64,000 bases of DNA from assembly GCA_003971905.1 (NCBI GenBank), contig RSEE01000077.1, positions 62,001 through 126,000 on the forward strand, given 5' to 3'. Shown in pieces: positions 1-12,997 of the stretch; position 1 is the first letter of the stretch, and each line of letters begins with the position of its first letter. The position numbers were made by a program, and so were the translations under genes. This stretch comes from Moniliella sp. 'wahieum' (Eukaryota). Under the pieces are notes generated by a model. That model was not told the DNA's origin. It did not search any database and was given only the letters and a program-made list of their open reading frames with translations.

Positions 1-28
1 GTGTATACCCCCGGATCCCCGCCGCCAC

Positions 29-3000
29 ATGCCATCTCTCACCGATGCCTCATCGTACTTGCTAACACCAGTGGCCACGTTCCGCCCCCACTGATCGTGC
101 GTAGATCCCCTTTGCCTCGCTGTCTCTGCGGCATACTAACCTCTCTGTGACTGCTTAGGGGGCGTCCGCAACTCTTGTTGATTCCGGTCCCGGCACATCA
201 GACCAAGGCGATGCCTGCCTCTACGTTTTCGGTGGCCGCCTGGTGGACCGGCGATTGACATCCTCCCTCTACGTTCTCAACCTCGAAACCCGGGTGTGGG
301 CATTTCTCGGACCGGATTCGGATGCCATCATCCAAACCGCTTCCAAAGCCGGAGAACAGGAGCCGCATGATGACATGGAGTCTTCCCCTTCTACGTGGCC
401 CCAGCACGGTACTTTCATGGGGCCAACGTCTGGCGTGGCCGCTTGATTATTTCTGGTGGCATGGCATTGAGCCACGGCGTCGATGGGGAACGTGAATCGT
501 CCGACACTGTCACTATGCGCACGCCTCGGGCCAGTGAGGCGCCTGACCCCGATGGGACCCTCGTCCCTCCATGGCATCAACTGGTTCCACGAGCGATGGG
601 CTTGTTGCTCTCTCCGAAGTTATTGCGTTCGACTTGCACACGCAACAGTGGGATTTAACGTTTGATCGTTTGCGATCCGATCAGGCCTTTCCCTCTTCCA
701 TTTCTTGCCGTCGTCCCCGCGCTCGCTATGCGCATCTATCCGCTATCACTGGCGACTTTCTTGTTCTCATAGGGGGACAAGATGTCCAGAACGAGTACAT
801 CCAGGACGCAAATGTCTACAGCTTGTGTGATGCTCGTTGGATTTGTACAGACCCCATCAAGGGCAAGGTGGGGTCGTACCGCTCTCGCTGCTGTTCCCCA
901 GTGGATGGTGGTGGATTCAACGGAGAATGAGGTGGGCGCATCATCATCACAAGACCATGGCTTCTGACAAGAGGGGAGCCCTGACTGCACCCCCGCGAGA
1001 ATTGCCTTGTTGGTTGGGTTCTTCTGTACCAGGAGGCCAATCAGATCTTCGTTCCACCCTCCGCTCCTTGTCATCGAATCATTCTGCCTCACCCCCTTTT
1101 TCTCCGCTCCCCTCGCGTTTGCTTCGACAGGCACCAAAAGCCTTCAATCGTCGCTCCTCATGCTGGAAAAGTTGCATCAACCGGAAACCCCTTCTCCCTC
1201 TACGGAGCCTGTGGTGAAGATGCATCCCCTCCCCACCAGTGTGCCCTTTGGTGCCAAACGTTTGCCTCCCATTTACGTTTACTCCAACTCGCGCTTCGCC
1301 AACGTTCAGCGCGTACTTCAAGTTTTCCATTACCAGCTTGATGCCGGGGAGGTGATCCCCCAGCTGTGCATCGAGGATGTGAGTCAGCGAATGGTGCAAG
1401 GGCGATCCACCCGACCGCACAGCAGTACTTCCAATGGGGAGGGAGGGCCTCTTCCCCCAGGTCTGCGCTTCCCGGCTGGCTACGTGGTAGGCAACTACCT
1501 CATCGTTTCCGGCACCTATCTCGGCGTCATGGCTCAAACTCATGCCATATGGGCTCTCCATTCCCGACCTTGACTTGGACCCATTTGGACGGCGGCGTGC
1601 TCATGTCGGCAGGCTCCTGGAACAAAGCGGTCCTGCATCCGTTGGGCGACCGGCTCCTCGTCCTCGGTGACCGTCAGCGCAGTTTGGCCGAGACTACCAA
1701 GCTCGCCATATCAACAGTAACCAGTTGGCCGCGTTGAGCTTAAGCGCCTGGGGTATTTACCAGCCCCCGGTAAAGCGTAGCACTTTAGTGTGCAGCTTGG
1801 CCTGGACGTGTTTTCGCCTGCTATCTCTGCTGCCGCATGTTCTTCTGGCCTGTCTAGCAACGCCAACCAACCGGTTTCTTCTGCCTTGCACGTTCTTGGG
1901 ATGCGAGGCGATTTTGAGATCATCTGTTTGGACGGGACCAAGTTGGGTGCCTCCCGAGCACTCCTGGAGCGTCGTTGGCCTTGGTTCCGTAACGCGATGA
2001 CGTACCGTGGCCGTGCTCTGCATCTCGCACGCACTTCGGCGACAGAAGGGGAGGAGGTGATGGTTTTGCGTCTGGGTAAGTCAGATGTGCGAGTGACCCC
2101 TCGGTGCTTGAGCTTGCACAGCCCTCCCGAGGTGGTCTCAGCATTCCTTTTGTACTTGTACACTGAATCGCTGGCCACACCTTTACAACGTCATCCCCGG
2201 ATTGCCGCTGCACTGCTGTGTATGTCCTATTTGTACGACATGCCTCAGTTGATGGCCTGGTGCAGGCATGCCCTTCACTATACTTTGACGGTGGGTTGAC
2301 CCTCTTCCTTCGAAGGCCAACGCAGGGAACAACCCGGCGTTACAGATGCTTCATACATCTCTTCCCAACGAGACACGGCTTGCCATTGCAGACGGGGTAC
2401 GAAGCCGCCGCTCTGACAGGGTGCCTTCCTCTACAGGTTCATGCCTGCGCACCGTGATCACGCTCAAAAAGGCCTTGGTCGCGCCTCGAGACAACGTAAA
2501 TCAGGATTTTCACTCCAAAGCAGAGGTTTTCACGCCCATCGCTCCTCCATCGGCCTCACTTCCCCTCGTCCACCGCTTCCCTCTGCAGGTGCACCAGGTA
2601 CGGACGATGCTTCTGACCCAAGTGCAATTCCCATCCCACCAGGCCCAATCGACAGACCAGCATCCCATCCATGGGCCAAGTCATGGGGAACACGGCACGA
2701 TTCTCCATCCAGGAGTATTTCCACCCCTCTCGCGTTCACGTCCGTTACGGATTCGCCCGTCTGTGTTGACCCTGTGGACGAAGCATACATGTCTGTGCCG
2801 AGCACCCCTCTTCTCCCTTTGACTCGTGCGGAAACAGAATCGAGTCATCAGAGTGTTGCTGCTCCGCACCGCGGCTCGCACTTTCCAACACGACCTCCCG
2901 ACTTAGGTCCGATGGGCCCGACCACCAGACAACCTTCATCTCACGTTTCATCGCCTGGAGTGTCCACCCCCGCGACCAGTGAGAGTTTCTCCTCCTACAG

Positions 3001-3043
3001 CGCATCCTCCGTATCCGGAGAACCCAACCTGCGGCCAAATTGA
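29..3043 (+). CDS. Kelch-repeat + BTB/POZ protein, Mds3/Pmd1-like (frameshifted; 3' end uncertain, may extend to ~3500)
   Basis: ATG at 29; MPSLTDASSY..SGHVPPPLI / intron 97-158 / GASATLV. Kelch blades APRYFHGANVW..LIISGG, RARYAHLSAITGDFLVLIGG, LPPGLRFP. BTB-like GDFEIICLDGTKLGASRALLERRWPWF..FLLYLYT. Low-complexity Ser/Pro tail. Confidence 0.8.
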
Positions 3044-3883
3044 AGCGTGTTGGGCGGCACACTCGCCTCCGTGCTGAGGTGGAGGTAGAGGTGGGGGCGG
3101 ACGCGCATGGCCATCCCTGCCTTCTCCGTCTAGGCAGGAGGACGCTTTGGCGTATGTTGCGGACCAGGGGGACGGAGGGTGGCTGGGTTCCCTGTCACTG
3201 ATTCACGGCCGAGCCTGTCCAGTCTCAGTAGTGACCGCAGTACGAGTTGCTTCTCCTCGGCCTCCTCGGCCTCGGGTAGCTGATCTAGCCATGTGGACCG
3301 GCATGGATCCTGCTTGTCCTGTTTTCCTACCCCTGCTCACCCGTCTCGTTGGTTTCTCTTCCCGTGGCACTGTCACATGTCACACCTACTTGCGTATACC
3401 CCCCTGTTCCAGGGCCTCCTACCCTCCGATCATCATACGCCCACAAGGCCGCCCGTGCGCTTGTCAGGGTGGCCTTGCGCTGGTGAGGTCGTGAGGCCGT
3501 GATACCCTTTGGTACTTTCCCTCCCCTGCTCTCGTGTTCCGTCTCTGCAGCCCCACCTTATCGATTATCTCCCTCCTTTCCTGGTTGAAGACGTTGGCAA
3601 GATGACATGCTCATGTGAATATGGATGGATCTGTCACGGGCCTGGCTGGGGACGTTGGCCATAGACAAAGCAGATGGGATTTTCAGAGCAAAGGAGAGCC
3701 AGATTTAGGAGCTGGGATGCCTGGTACGATATACGACCAGCTCCGACCGCAAGCCCGTGCCGGGAGCGGAACGCTGCGTTGTGTCGGCGTCTGTGCTTTG
3801 CTTGGACTGCTGGGTTCATCAAGTGCCCATAGGGAAAAATGGAGACAATGGTGCATCCTTGCCCCACCGCGGTCGGGTTGTGC

Positions 3884-4926
3884 TCACGCGACAAGCGACT
3901 TGGCCCGCACGAAGTGCGTCACATCCAGTGCTTCCGAACTGGGCTGGATCGCGCCGGCTTGGCGTAAAATCTCCACTGTCTTGGTCACCGTTTCGCTCGA
4001 CACGGTGGACGTGGTTGTGGCCTGGCCCGTGGTCGCCGCCGCACTTTCCGGGTTGGCACGAGGGTCCTGTACGTACCGCACCGAGGAAAACCAAGTGGCC
4101 ACGTCCTTGGCCTGGTACCCAAACCGTTTGGTCACCCACTCCTGTGGCTCATGGGCCAAAAAGCCCGCGATGCTCTGTTGCAGCTGGGACAGGAACGCGT
4201 CCAGTGCCGCCTCTTTTTCCCCACCATCCAGCACCTCCTTGGACACTGCAATGGACCACGACGGCCAGGGCGTAGGGATCGAGCCCAAGAAACGCACTTC
4301 GCCACTGTGCACAAATGGAAGCGTCGTCACTTTTTCCCACAGGAACGTACCCGTCTCCAAGCTAGTGGGAACAGGCGAGGTTAGCCAACGGGTTTGCCCC
4401 CAAAATAGACACAACCTAGAATCAGACGAATCAAGGCAAGATGGACGTACCCGGGAACTTGGTTGACGCCCTTGCGTAGGTTCTCAAACGTGTCATTCAC
4501 TTTAAACTCAGGCTTGGACTTCCACATGCATGGAAGGTAGTAGCCCATTGTTTGCGATCCCGAGCCAAGGCGGCTGATACCGATCGGCGCATGCTCCAGA
4601 TCGTCCACTTGCTGGAACCGGTCTGCCTTGGGGTCGGTGCCGGTAATAATGGCCCATTCGAGCGGACTGCGCACATAGCTGCCCACCAACACCAAGTCGT
4701 CCCGCCCATTCGCAATTGACGCGACCAACGCATCGGTCAGTGCGACGGCAACGTCGATGGTGCGTCCATGCGAAGGATCGGTGCGCAACGAGCTGACCAT
4801 CTGCCCCGTCCCGCTGTTTTGCCACACTAGCTCAAACGCCTCTTGGCCCCACGCCGTCTCGCTCAGCTGCCACAGCGGGGAAGAGAAGTGTTCTTGCACA
4901 GTACCCACCTTGAGCTTGAAGACCAT
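3884..4926 (-). CDS. Periplasmic-binding-protein-fold protein, Ca3427/NMT1-THI5-like
   Basis: LKVGTVQEHFSSPL, GTGQM, DVAVALTDALV, IGISRLGSGSQTM, FLWEKVTT, IPTPWPSW; one intron ~4363-4450 (GTACGT..CTAAC..TAG) joins the two ORFs in frame. Confidence 0.85.
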
Positions 4927-7305
4927 TGCGAACGATGGACAGTGCGGGCGAGACGGGCGAAGCGGAAAGAAGGCAGGAAAAGGGAAAGAGAGAGGAAGGA
5001 AGTCAGGTGGAAGAAGAGCAAGTGCGACCGTCCGCTTCGCCGGCCTCAGGCCTCACCGTCGACGCCAGCCCCGCCTGCGCTCTCCTTTCGTTCGCCAGCC
5101 CTGCTCCCCACCTTCCTGGCTTCCGCCTGGCTTTGCGCAATCGATATTCAATCTTCGGTAGTCCCTCCCCTGCGCCTTGTGGGAAGACAGGACTATCTCC
5201 GAATTGCATCATTGCACATCCGGCGGTACCTTCCCCGCACAAACCTACTTCGTTGGAATGAAATTGAAATATCATTGGCAAGCTGCACGAGGCCCGAGGG
5301 CTCTTTCCTACCAACAAAGAAATGGAGAGTCACTAGTCACTAGTAAGCTTGAAAGAGACAAAAATATGGTGTGTGGTCGTGTAGTAGACGCGCTCTGCCC
5401 GTACAAAGTCAGCAAGGCAAAACCGACTCCGGCAAGTTAGTAAACTTCCCATCTTATCGTTCCGGGGTATACCTGGCAAGGTGGTGTTGTTGGTCTCAGA
5501 TCATGATCTCCACCCTAAGGGATGATGACGATGATGGAAAGGGAAAAACCCATCACTGGCACCCCGCTCAAAAGTGGCGCCCTCTCCCCCCTTTCCTCCA
5601 CACGCGAGGGGCCCGGCTGGAAAGCCACACAACCCAGTCTTTCATTCTCGCCACACATCTGTGCGCTTGTAACATGTAAGGCGGGATAGGTCTGAGAAGG
5701 GCGCGCAATGAGCGCTGAACGTCCCATCGCCATCTCCACACTCCTCACGACTGTAGCCTTTAGTCTGCCCCGTCACTATGGCCCAATCATTTTTCCCAAA
5801 CAAAAAGGCGGGCAGCGAGGACGATCTGACCGTGAGAAACGCATGCAACAGAGGATGGAGGAATACAGCGGCGTGACGATGTACTGACCCACCAAACCGG
5901 TATGAGGTTGAGGTCCATCTCTTCCACGGAGAGCTTGAGGCCGCCCTCAGTAGCGTTTTCACCATATATATATATATATCTTTCACCTAAGCTTTGCTAG
6001 CTCTCTGGGGGCTCAATAACCCTGTTCGGTCGTCTCCCACACAGATCACAGGACGACTCTTCGTGTGTTGGTTTCCGAGAGGACAGGGAGGCGTCCCCGG
6101 CCGTAGGAGAAACTCCGTGTGGCGTCCATTACGCGGACCCGAGGGAGGAAATAGTACACCCCGAGTAGGTCATCGAACGTGCGTGTGCGGATTGCACCAG
6201 TCCATTATACCGGCTCCGTGCAATGCTGTAGAGACTAGGGTGTCAGCCGCCCAGAATAGGCACACAGGTGGGGGAAGTACACAGGGTCTAAACTCAAAAT
6301 GATTGATTAGGAAAGAAGGTTCGAAGGACTTTCATTAATCATTACCGAAAACGTACTAGATTATAGGACCTACATAGTATACTCAGTACGCAAGACTCAG
6401 GATTCAGCATGAAGGACACTCAGTACACCCAGTACTCGCCTATCATCAGGCCTGAGTCTCAGACCTCACAGGGCACATACTCCAACTGTGACCAGAACAT
6501 CTGCATGGTATCAAGGATATGCACTATAGTACACACTCTTTTGCTGGTGACTGTGTGAGTGACTACTTCTGGGGAGTAAAAACCAGTAACCGCAGTTCCC
6601 GGCAGAGGCAGTGTGGCTACTCCCTGCTCCCTCCTACTCACTGGTGCCGAGCGGGTGGCGACGGGAGAAGGTCAAGAGACACTAATGATTAAAGACGCGA
6701 GACAAACAACACACTCTGCTGCGTCTGTGTTTTGCGGCTGCGATGGTGGGTGCAAGCTGTCCATCATCAAGCTATGGCTGGCCAAGGTGCGGGGAAGGGA
6801 CGGGGTTAGTGTCGCCCTCGGCAGTACTGGTTGTGCGGCCTGGCGCGGAAGCCAGTTGTCACGTGACTGCAGAGGGCGCCCGAGTGGTTAGCGCTTAGCC
6901 GTGGCCAGCCTGGCTGCCCCCCCCCCCGGCTCGCCCGCCCTGTCCCCTGCCGCCCCTCAGTGGAAGCGTCTACCACCGTCACCCCTACTGCCTCTTTTCC
7001 TACCACCACCACCTCCCATTCAACCCCCACAGTATTCCTCCCCTCTTGGGCCACAGTGGATTCCCATTCCAAAGCTTTGGGGGTGTATATATACTCTTCT
7101 CTTCTCTCTGTGCAAGTCACGCCCCACCCATATCCTTACGCGGGAATCGCTGCACAGCACCTATCCCTTGCACCTCGGCAACGCCTCTCTCCTTCTGCGT
7201 GGCAACCCCACCCGCCCTTGGCCTTTTCAACTCCCCAGCCCACGTCTCCTTCAAATAATACGATATCAACATATATTTCGTCCCCCCCCCACGTCAACAC
7301 GCCAC

Positions 7306-8870
7306 ATGATGTCTGCCCAGCACGGCCGCTGCAGTCTCAGCCAGACACCCTATGTGCCTGTAGGAAACGACACGGGCCCCCTCAACAGTGATGTGCATTA
7401 CATCCACCAACGTCGCCTAGGTGCCGGTTATTTCGGAACAGTCTCTCTATCCAAGCGCTCGTCTGACCACGCTCTGGTGGCAATCAAGATCGTCCGGCTC
7501 AATGGACACAAAGGCGGACTACCGAGCAACATGGTGCGGCCGCAGCTGAAGGCGGAAATCCGTGCACTTTCTGCCCTCACCCCGCACGATAACATTATTG
7601 GCCTCAAAGCGACTTGGTTCAACTCTGTTCAAAAGTAAGCTTGACCTTCCTTTTCCCCCATTCCCTATAGGGACGGACTAAGTGAGAAAATGGTTCCTTC
7701 GGATGGCCGCTTCGTCTGCTCCTCCCACGTGTGTCCCCGTCGAGATGCTAACGAATTTTATTCAGCGCTTGCGCCCTTGTGTTGACTACGTTCCAGGTGG
7801 ATCTCTGGGCGACCTTATTGCTAAACACCGAGACACCAGGAACAGGAACACCCCATTGGGGTTGGATAGCAGCTTGGTGCAATCGTTGATGCACCAGCTA
7901 CTGCGCGCCATTGACGCTTGCCACAATTACACGGACCCCAATACTGGCAAACAGAGTACCATCGTTCACTGTTACCTCAAGCCCGGCAGTATACTCCTAG
8001 ACGAACGGATGCGACTCAAACTCGCCGACTTTGGTCTGAGCCGCTCCTACCCCCGCGGTACAGGAGGTGTCAAGAGTCTAGGTGGCCCGCTGCATTACCG
8101 CCCCCGAGTTGATCGGCTTCAACCTGAGGGAGCGCATCGTGTGTCCAGCGACGGACATGTATGCGATCGGGTGCATCTTGTACGAAATGTGTACCCTTAC
8201 AACACTCATTCTCCCTCATCCCGAGCGGCGGGAACTCCGTGTGCAGTGGCTCGCTCAAAGGAACTACAACCCGACCTTGCCCCCAGGCTACCCGGCCTGG
8301 TTGACAAAGGTGGTGCAACAGCTGGTCAGCAAACAAGCAAGTGACCGTCCCAGTGCGCGCCTGCTGTTGGCATTGGGCCAGATGACGGTCAGGGCACAAT
8401 CTACCTCCGAGGCTCAAGGCATGATTCCCAGGTCGGACATGCGCTTGCTTAATCCTGATATGACCCAGGGAGCAATCGTCCAAGGCCAGCACCAGCCCCG
8501 TGACGAAGAACAGCAGTTCCAATTGTCCAACGACCGTTTCGCCCACGTCGTGGACTCAATGATCTTGTACAAAAAGTCCAACACAGCCCTGTCGAATGAG
8601 TTAGGAAGGCATATCATGGATGGCCTCAACTCTGAGGCGGAATTGAAGGAACTGGAGAAGCAGGGCGAGGAACTGGACGCGTGGTTCAAGGCGCACTCTG
8701 ATGCCCAAGCTCGGAACCATGAGGAGTGGGCGGAAAAGGTCAATGCGACGTTGTACGATCAAGGGGCCAAGGGTGCGGAGGTGCTGATGTGGGAAGAGGA
8801 ACTTGGAGATGTTGCCCCGGGTGGCATCGTGCGAAGATCAAGTGCAGCGGGACGAATTGGTCATGCCTAA
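7306..8870 (+). CDS. Protein kinase-fold protein, catalytically degenerate (pseudokinase or pseudogene) with acidic coiled-coil tail
   Basis: LGAGYFGTV, VAIK, AEIRAL, HDNIIGL, intron ~7635-7766, DYVPGGSL, IVHCYLKPGSILL (HRD..N lost), LADFG, APE, DMYAIGCILYEM. Confidence 0.8.
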
Positions 8871-9152
8871 CCCCAAACTAGACTGACGGTCTCTCCGTCT
8901 ATCCCCCCCCCTTGTGGGTTTTTCTATCGGTTTTGTCCTGATCAACATCATTAGAGTATTGTCTTCAATTCAACAGCGCCTCTTTCCCACCCCCATGGCT
9001 TTGGCAAGCATCCTTTTTCTGTACGACAGCAACGTTACTGTTCTTATTCTTATCCATGACTTTTGTCCCTTGAAGAATCCATCTGTGGTCCACCAGTCCG
9101 ACTGAAATATTCCGCACTAAAAAAGGTAGAACAGAGAGGTAGAAATAAAAAG

Positions 9153-9247
9153 TGACTTCGCCCGGGATCGAACCGAGGACCTTATCCGTTAACTTGGGCA
9201 CTAGGCCAGTGTTAAGGATACGTGATAACCACCTACACCACGATGCC
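9153..9247 (-). tRNA. tRNA-Val(AAC) with 21-nt intron, copy 1
   Basis: Cloverleaf GGCATCG..TATCC-TTAACA[intron]C-GGATA..GGTTCGATCC..CGAAGTCA followed by a T-run Pol III terminator. Confidence 0.92.
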
Positions 9248-10642
9248 GTATGCTACTGGAAGATATCATGTTTTCAAGACATGGCATAGGTGCCGCTTGC
9301 GTCTCGCCAGGACTATCTCTGTGAGGGAATTGTGCACATGCAGACGCAGGCAAAAGGTGAAAACAGATGCTTCAGTTCATGAACAGAACAAAGGGCAGAA
9401 CCCCAGGCCGACGAACCGGGAACGGGATCCGGGCGTAATAGTCCGGAACCCGTGCTCGTTCGCACAGGAATATGTCGGAAGAGAGGCCGTCAATAATAAC
9501 CACCTTCAAGCTCTGCCCTAGGATCTTTTCCCGCGGACCTGCAGTATCCAATCCTATCCTTGCCTGTAGTGCGATATCGGTCGCTCCAAGCGGCCCAATA
9601 TGGTGTGGGAGAACGGTCCGTACGGTCTCGTGTCCCATCAATAACTGCCAGACTCTCTCGGCATGGAAAGCATCGTATTATTACCCTTTCGGGGCCCACA
9701 TCAATATTCAATTCCCTCTTCCGTCGTCACCACAACACCCTCCCGAAGGTACATGATGGCAGAGCCAGACGAGGATTCCCTGTGGACCTATATACACCGT
9801 ACTGGGTCCACCGGTCACTAGGTCACTAGCCATTGGCCCCCTCTACTGCCAACATTCTCGCAGCATCGAGTTGTTACCAAAACAATCAACAAGTTCGCAG
9901 GATGACCTTCAACTCGGCACTCTCTGTTGAAGTGTTGTTCTCCCCTCCGTCGTCGCAAAAAGAGTATGGGTAGTAGAGGGGAGCGCATCCTGCCGCTGCT
10001 GTGGCTTCTGCACATAATATACACGTCCACTGTACGGACTGACGAAGAGAGGATCCTTGAAACTGGCCAATGGCGGAGATGGCCCTGTAGACCAACGGTC
10101 GCTTTGTTCTAGTGGAGTGCCAAAGATCACCAATTCCCATTGGCCCTGGTGGGTCCGCTTGCCCTGGTAATGGAGTGAATGACCATCAGAATGAGAAGGA
10201 GATGTGAGATCTGACAGGCTGAGAACTACGAGAGGAGTGCTAGGGTTCCCATGCACGGCCCTATCAAGACGATCGGTGACCGGTGACCGGTCACCACGAG
10301 GTTGCTCGCTGCTCGGGCGAATGGACTGCGCTCGCAGGCTGCGCACTGGGGCACACTTGCCTGCGGGGGGACGTGGGGAGTGGTGCTGGTGACATGTGGG
10401 TGCTGTGACGTCAGCAAAGGCGGGGCTGCATGGTGGGTGAATGCATGATGCATGGTGCAGTGCATGATGGCTGGCGGATCGGCAGCCGCCTCCTGTTAGG
10501 ATTACGTCGATTGCGCCCCCCCGCCATGCATGTCGAAGGAGCGTCCATGTGGTCGGGCGCACCCCTTGTGCTTGCCCTCCACTAATATAGCCATAGCCGC
10601 ACGCACAGCTGCTGCTGCTGCTGCGCCCTCTCCCGCCTCGCC

Positions 10643-12461
10643 ATGCTTCCTGCCGCTACGCTCGCCCCCGTCGCCGCCACCGCCCTGGCCGTGGGCCTGG
10701 CCTTGCGCCCGTCACCGCCGCACGCACCGTCGCTTCCGCCGCGCCGGCAGCCCACAGCTACGCGGCCAACTCGGCGCCCGTGCCTCTGGACCACGTGCTG
10801 ACCTACACCGTCGCCTCACGCCGGGCAACCAGGACGGCCTGGACGCCAAGATGCTGGCCACCTCCCTCCATGGCGGCGCCTGGCTCTCCGAGGCTGAGCT
10901 CGCGCAGTACACACGCCCCAAGCCAGAGCACGTTGCCGCTGTCAAGGCCCACCTGCTTGCCCATGGCACGCACGAATCGGACATCAGCACCAGCAAGTGG
11001 GGGGACGAACTGCGGGTGCAGAGCACAGTAGTGCTGCCAATGCTGCCTGGAACACTTCGCTGCAGGCCTACACCATACTACCCAGGGCCACACCATCCTT
11101 CGTGCCGCGAAGGATATTCGATTCCTGACGGCATCCTGCACGAAGCGATTGTGAATGTACACCCTTTACTTCGTTCCCCAACGTGCGTACCTCGGCTCCC
11201 ATTCACCTGCAGGGCAACGCACAACCCGCAGCGATTGACGCTCAGGCTTGGGGCGCAGAGTGCGATGCATCGGCGGTGACAACCAAGTGCCTCAAACACT
11301 ATTACGGTGCGGGCAACTTCACCTGTTCCGCAAAAGGGGGGGGGAAACGGATGTGCTCGTGTTTGGGTTTTTGGCGAGTACGTCTCGCCGAGCGACCTGG
11401 CAACCTACATGAAAAACTATACCGACTACCCCAACTACACCATTCCTATCATTTCAGCCGGCAACTCGACCAACGACCCGACCAATCCCGGAGGCGAAGC
11501 AATGCTGGATGTTGACATGGTTGCTGGCTTGATTGCTCCCCTCCATGCCCAGTTTCTCTCCTTTGGCACAGACAACCAATCTGCCAACGAGCCGTTCCTG
11601 CAGGCCTTCAACTGGGTCCTGGACAACTACAATGACACCAGTCGACCGGGCGTGATTACTGCGTCGTACGTGGACGACGAGTCGTCTTACTCGCCTGCGG
11701 ATGCAGTTCAACTGTGCAACACGATTCAAAAGATGACTGCTTTGGGTACATCTGTCCTGTACGGTCAGGCGATAATGGCCTGAACGGGGTGCAGTCATAT
11801 GGAATTTGACCTGCCATGGGAAGTTCAACCCGACCCTGCCCGGTGACTGTCCTTATGTGCTATCGGTCGGGGGCACCCAGGGATTCCCCGAAGTCGTCGT
11901 CAACGGCAACTCGGCCGATGGCTTCTTTGGCGGAGCCGGATTCTCCAGCACAGGCTTCTTCGAGCGCCCTGCTACCAGGTACGTCCCTACTCTTCTCCGG
12001 CTCTTGTTGACTGTCACAGCGGACCTTGAATGACATGAGATGTGGACTGTTATAGAACGCATCCGTCACAAGTATTTGGAACAGATTAACTATGCCCATT
12101 CGTCGTCCTACTACAATGCCAGTAACCGTGCCTACCCGGACGTGTCGGCCATGTCGCTCAACCTGCCGGGTACTGAATAACGAGCTGCAACTGATTGGCG
12201 GAACAAGTGCTGCGACGCCCATCTTTGCCAGTATGATTGCTTTGCTCAACAACCAGCGCAAACTCGAGGCAAGGCACGGGTGGGATGGGTCAATCCGGCG
12301 TTTTACGCCAAGCCAGACTGCCTGTGCGCGACATTACCTCGGGCGACGTGGGTGGGTGCCCCCAGCATGGACTCACGTTTAACGCGACGACAGGCTGGGA
12401 CCTGCCGTCCGGCTTGGGTAGCCCCCTGTTTGCAAATGGAGCGAGCTGCCGTAAGGCGTAA
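10643..12461 (+). CDS. Secreted sedolisin / tripeptidyl-peptidase (MEROPS S53), frameshifted
   Basis: Hydrophobic N-terminus and prodomain; GGEAMLDVD (catalytic E/D), SGDNG across a frameshift, PGDCPYVLSVGGT, RAYPDVSA, GGTSAATP (catalytic Ser), GWDLPSGLGSP Ca-site. Confidence 0.9.
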
Positions 12462-12967
12462 GGCCCAAGGCCGAGTGGCACGCGATCAAATGGAAGAAAC
12501 GCTGATCTACTTTTCTCTCTTTCCTCTTTCTTTTCTGGTGTTATGCGGATCTACATGAAATATAATGAATCTTGGATCTTGACTCTTGAATCTTGATCTG
12601 TGGTGCAGATGCGCGACTCACCCTTACTTGGCCTACCCCCACATTGACGCAACGTCTTTGACGAGGCTCACTCGCAACCATTCTTGCCACATCTCTTCCT
12701 TTTTTTGCACACAAAGCTGGGGCCGCCCGCGCACTATCTTTCTCGTTTTGCTCTCTCGTTGACAGAGTCTGGTTCTTGGGGCGACGCTCATAGGACGACG
12801 AGGTGTACTTTAATGTAGCATCTTTAGGATACAGCAGACGGGGTTGGATATTGAAGCACATAGTGTAACGTCTGTCCATTGTCTGGTGATGGTAGATATG
12901 GTACACCTTTTGCGCACCTGGTTGAATGGTGAGGCCGGTGAAGTTGAATTGCAATAGGCATGCCTCT

Positions 12968-12997
12968 TGAAGCTTGAAGCTTGAAGCTGATCGATGA
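12968..12997. repeat. Heptamer array TGA-AGCT x2-3 running into TGA-TCGA-TGA
   Basis: TGAAGCTTGAAGCTTGAAGCTGATCGATGA. Confidence 0.9.
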
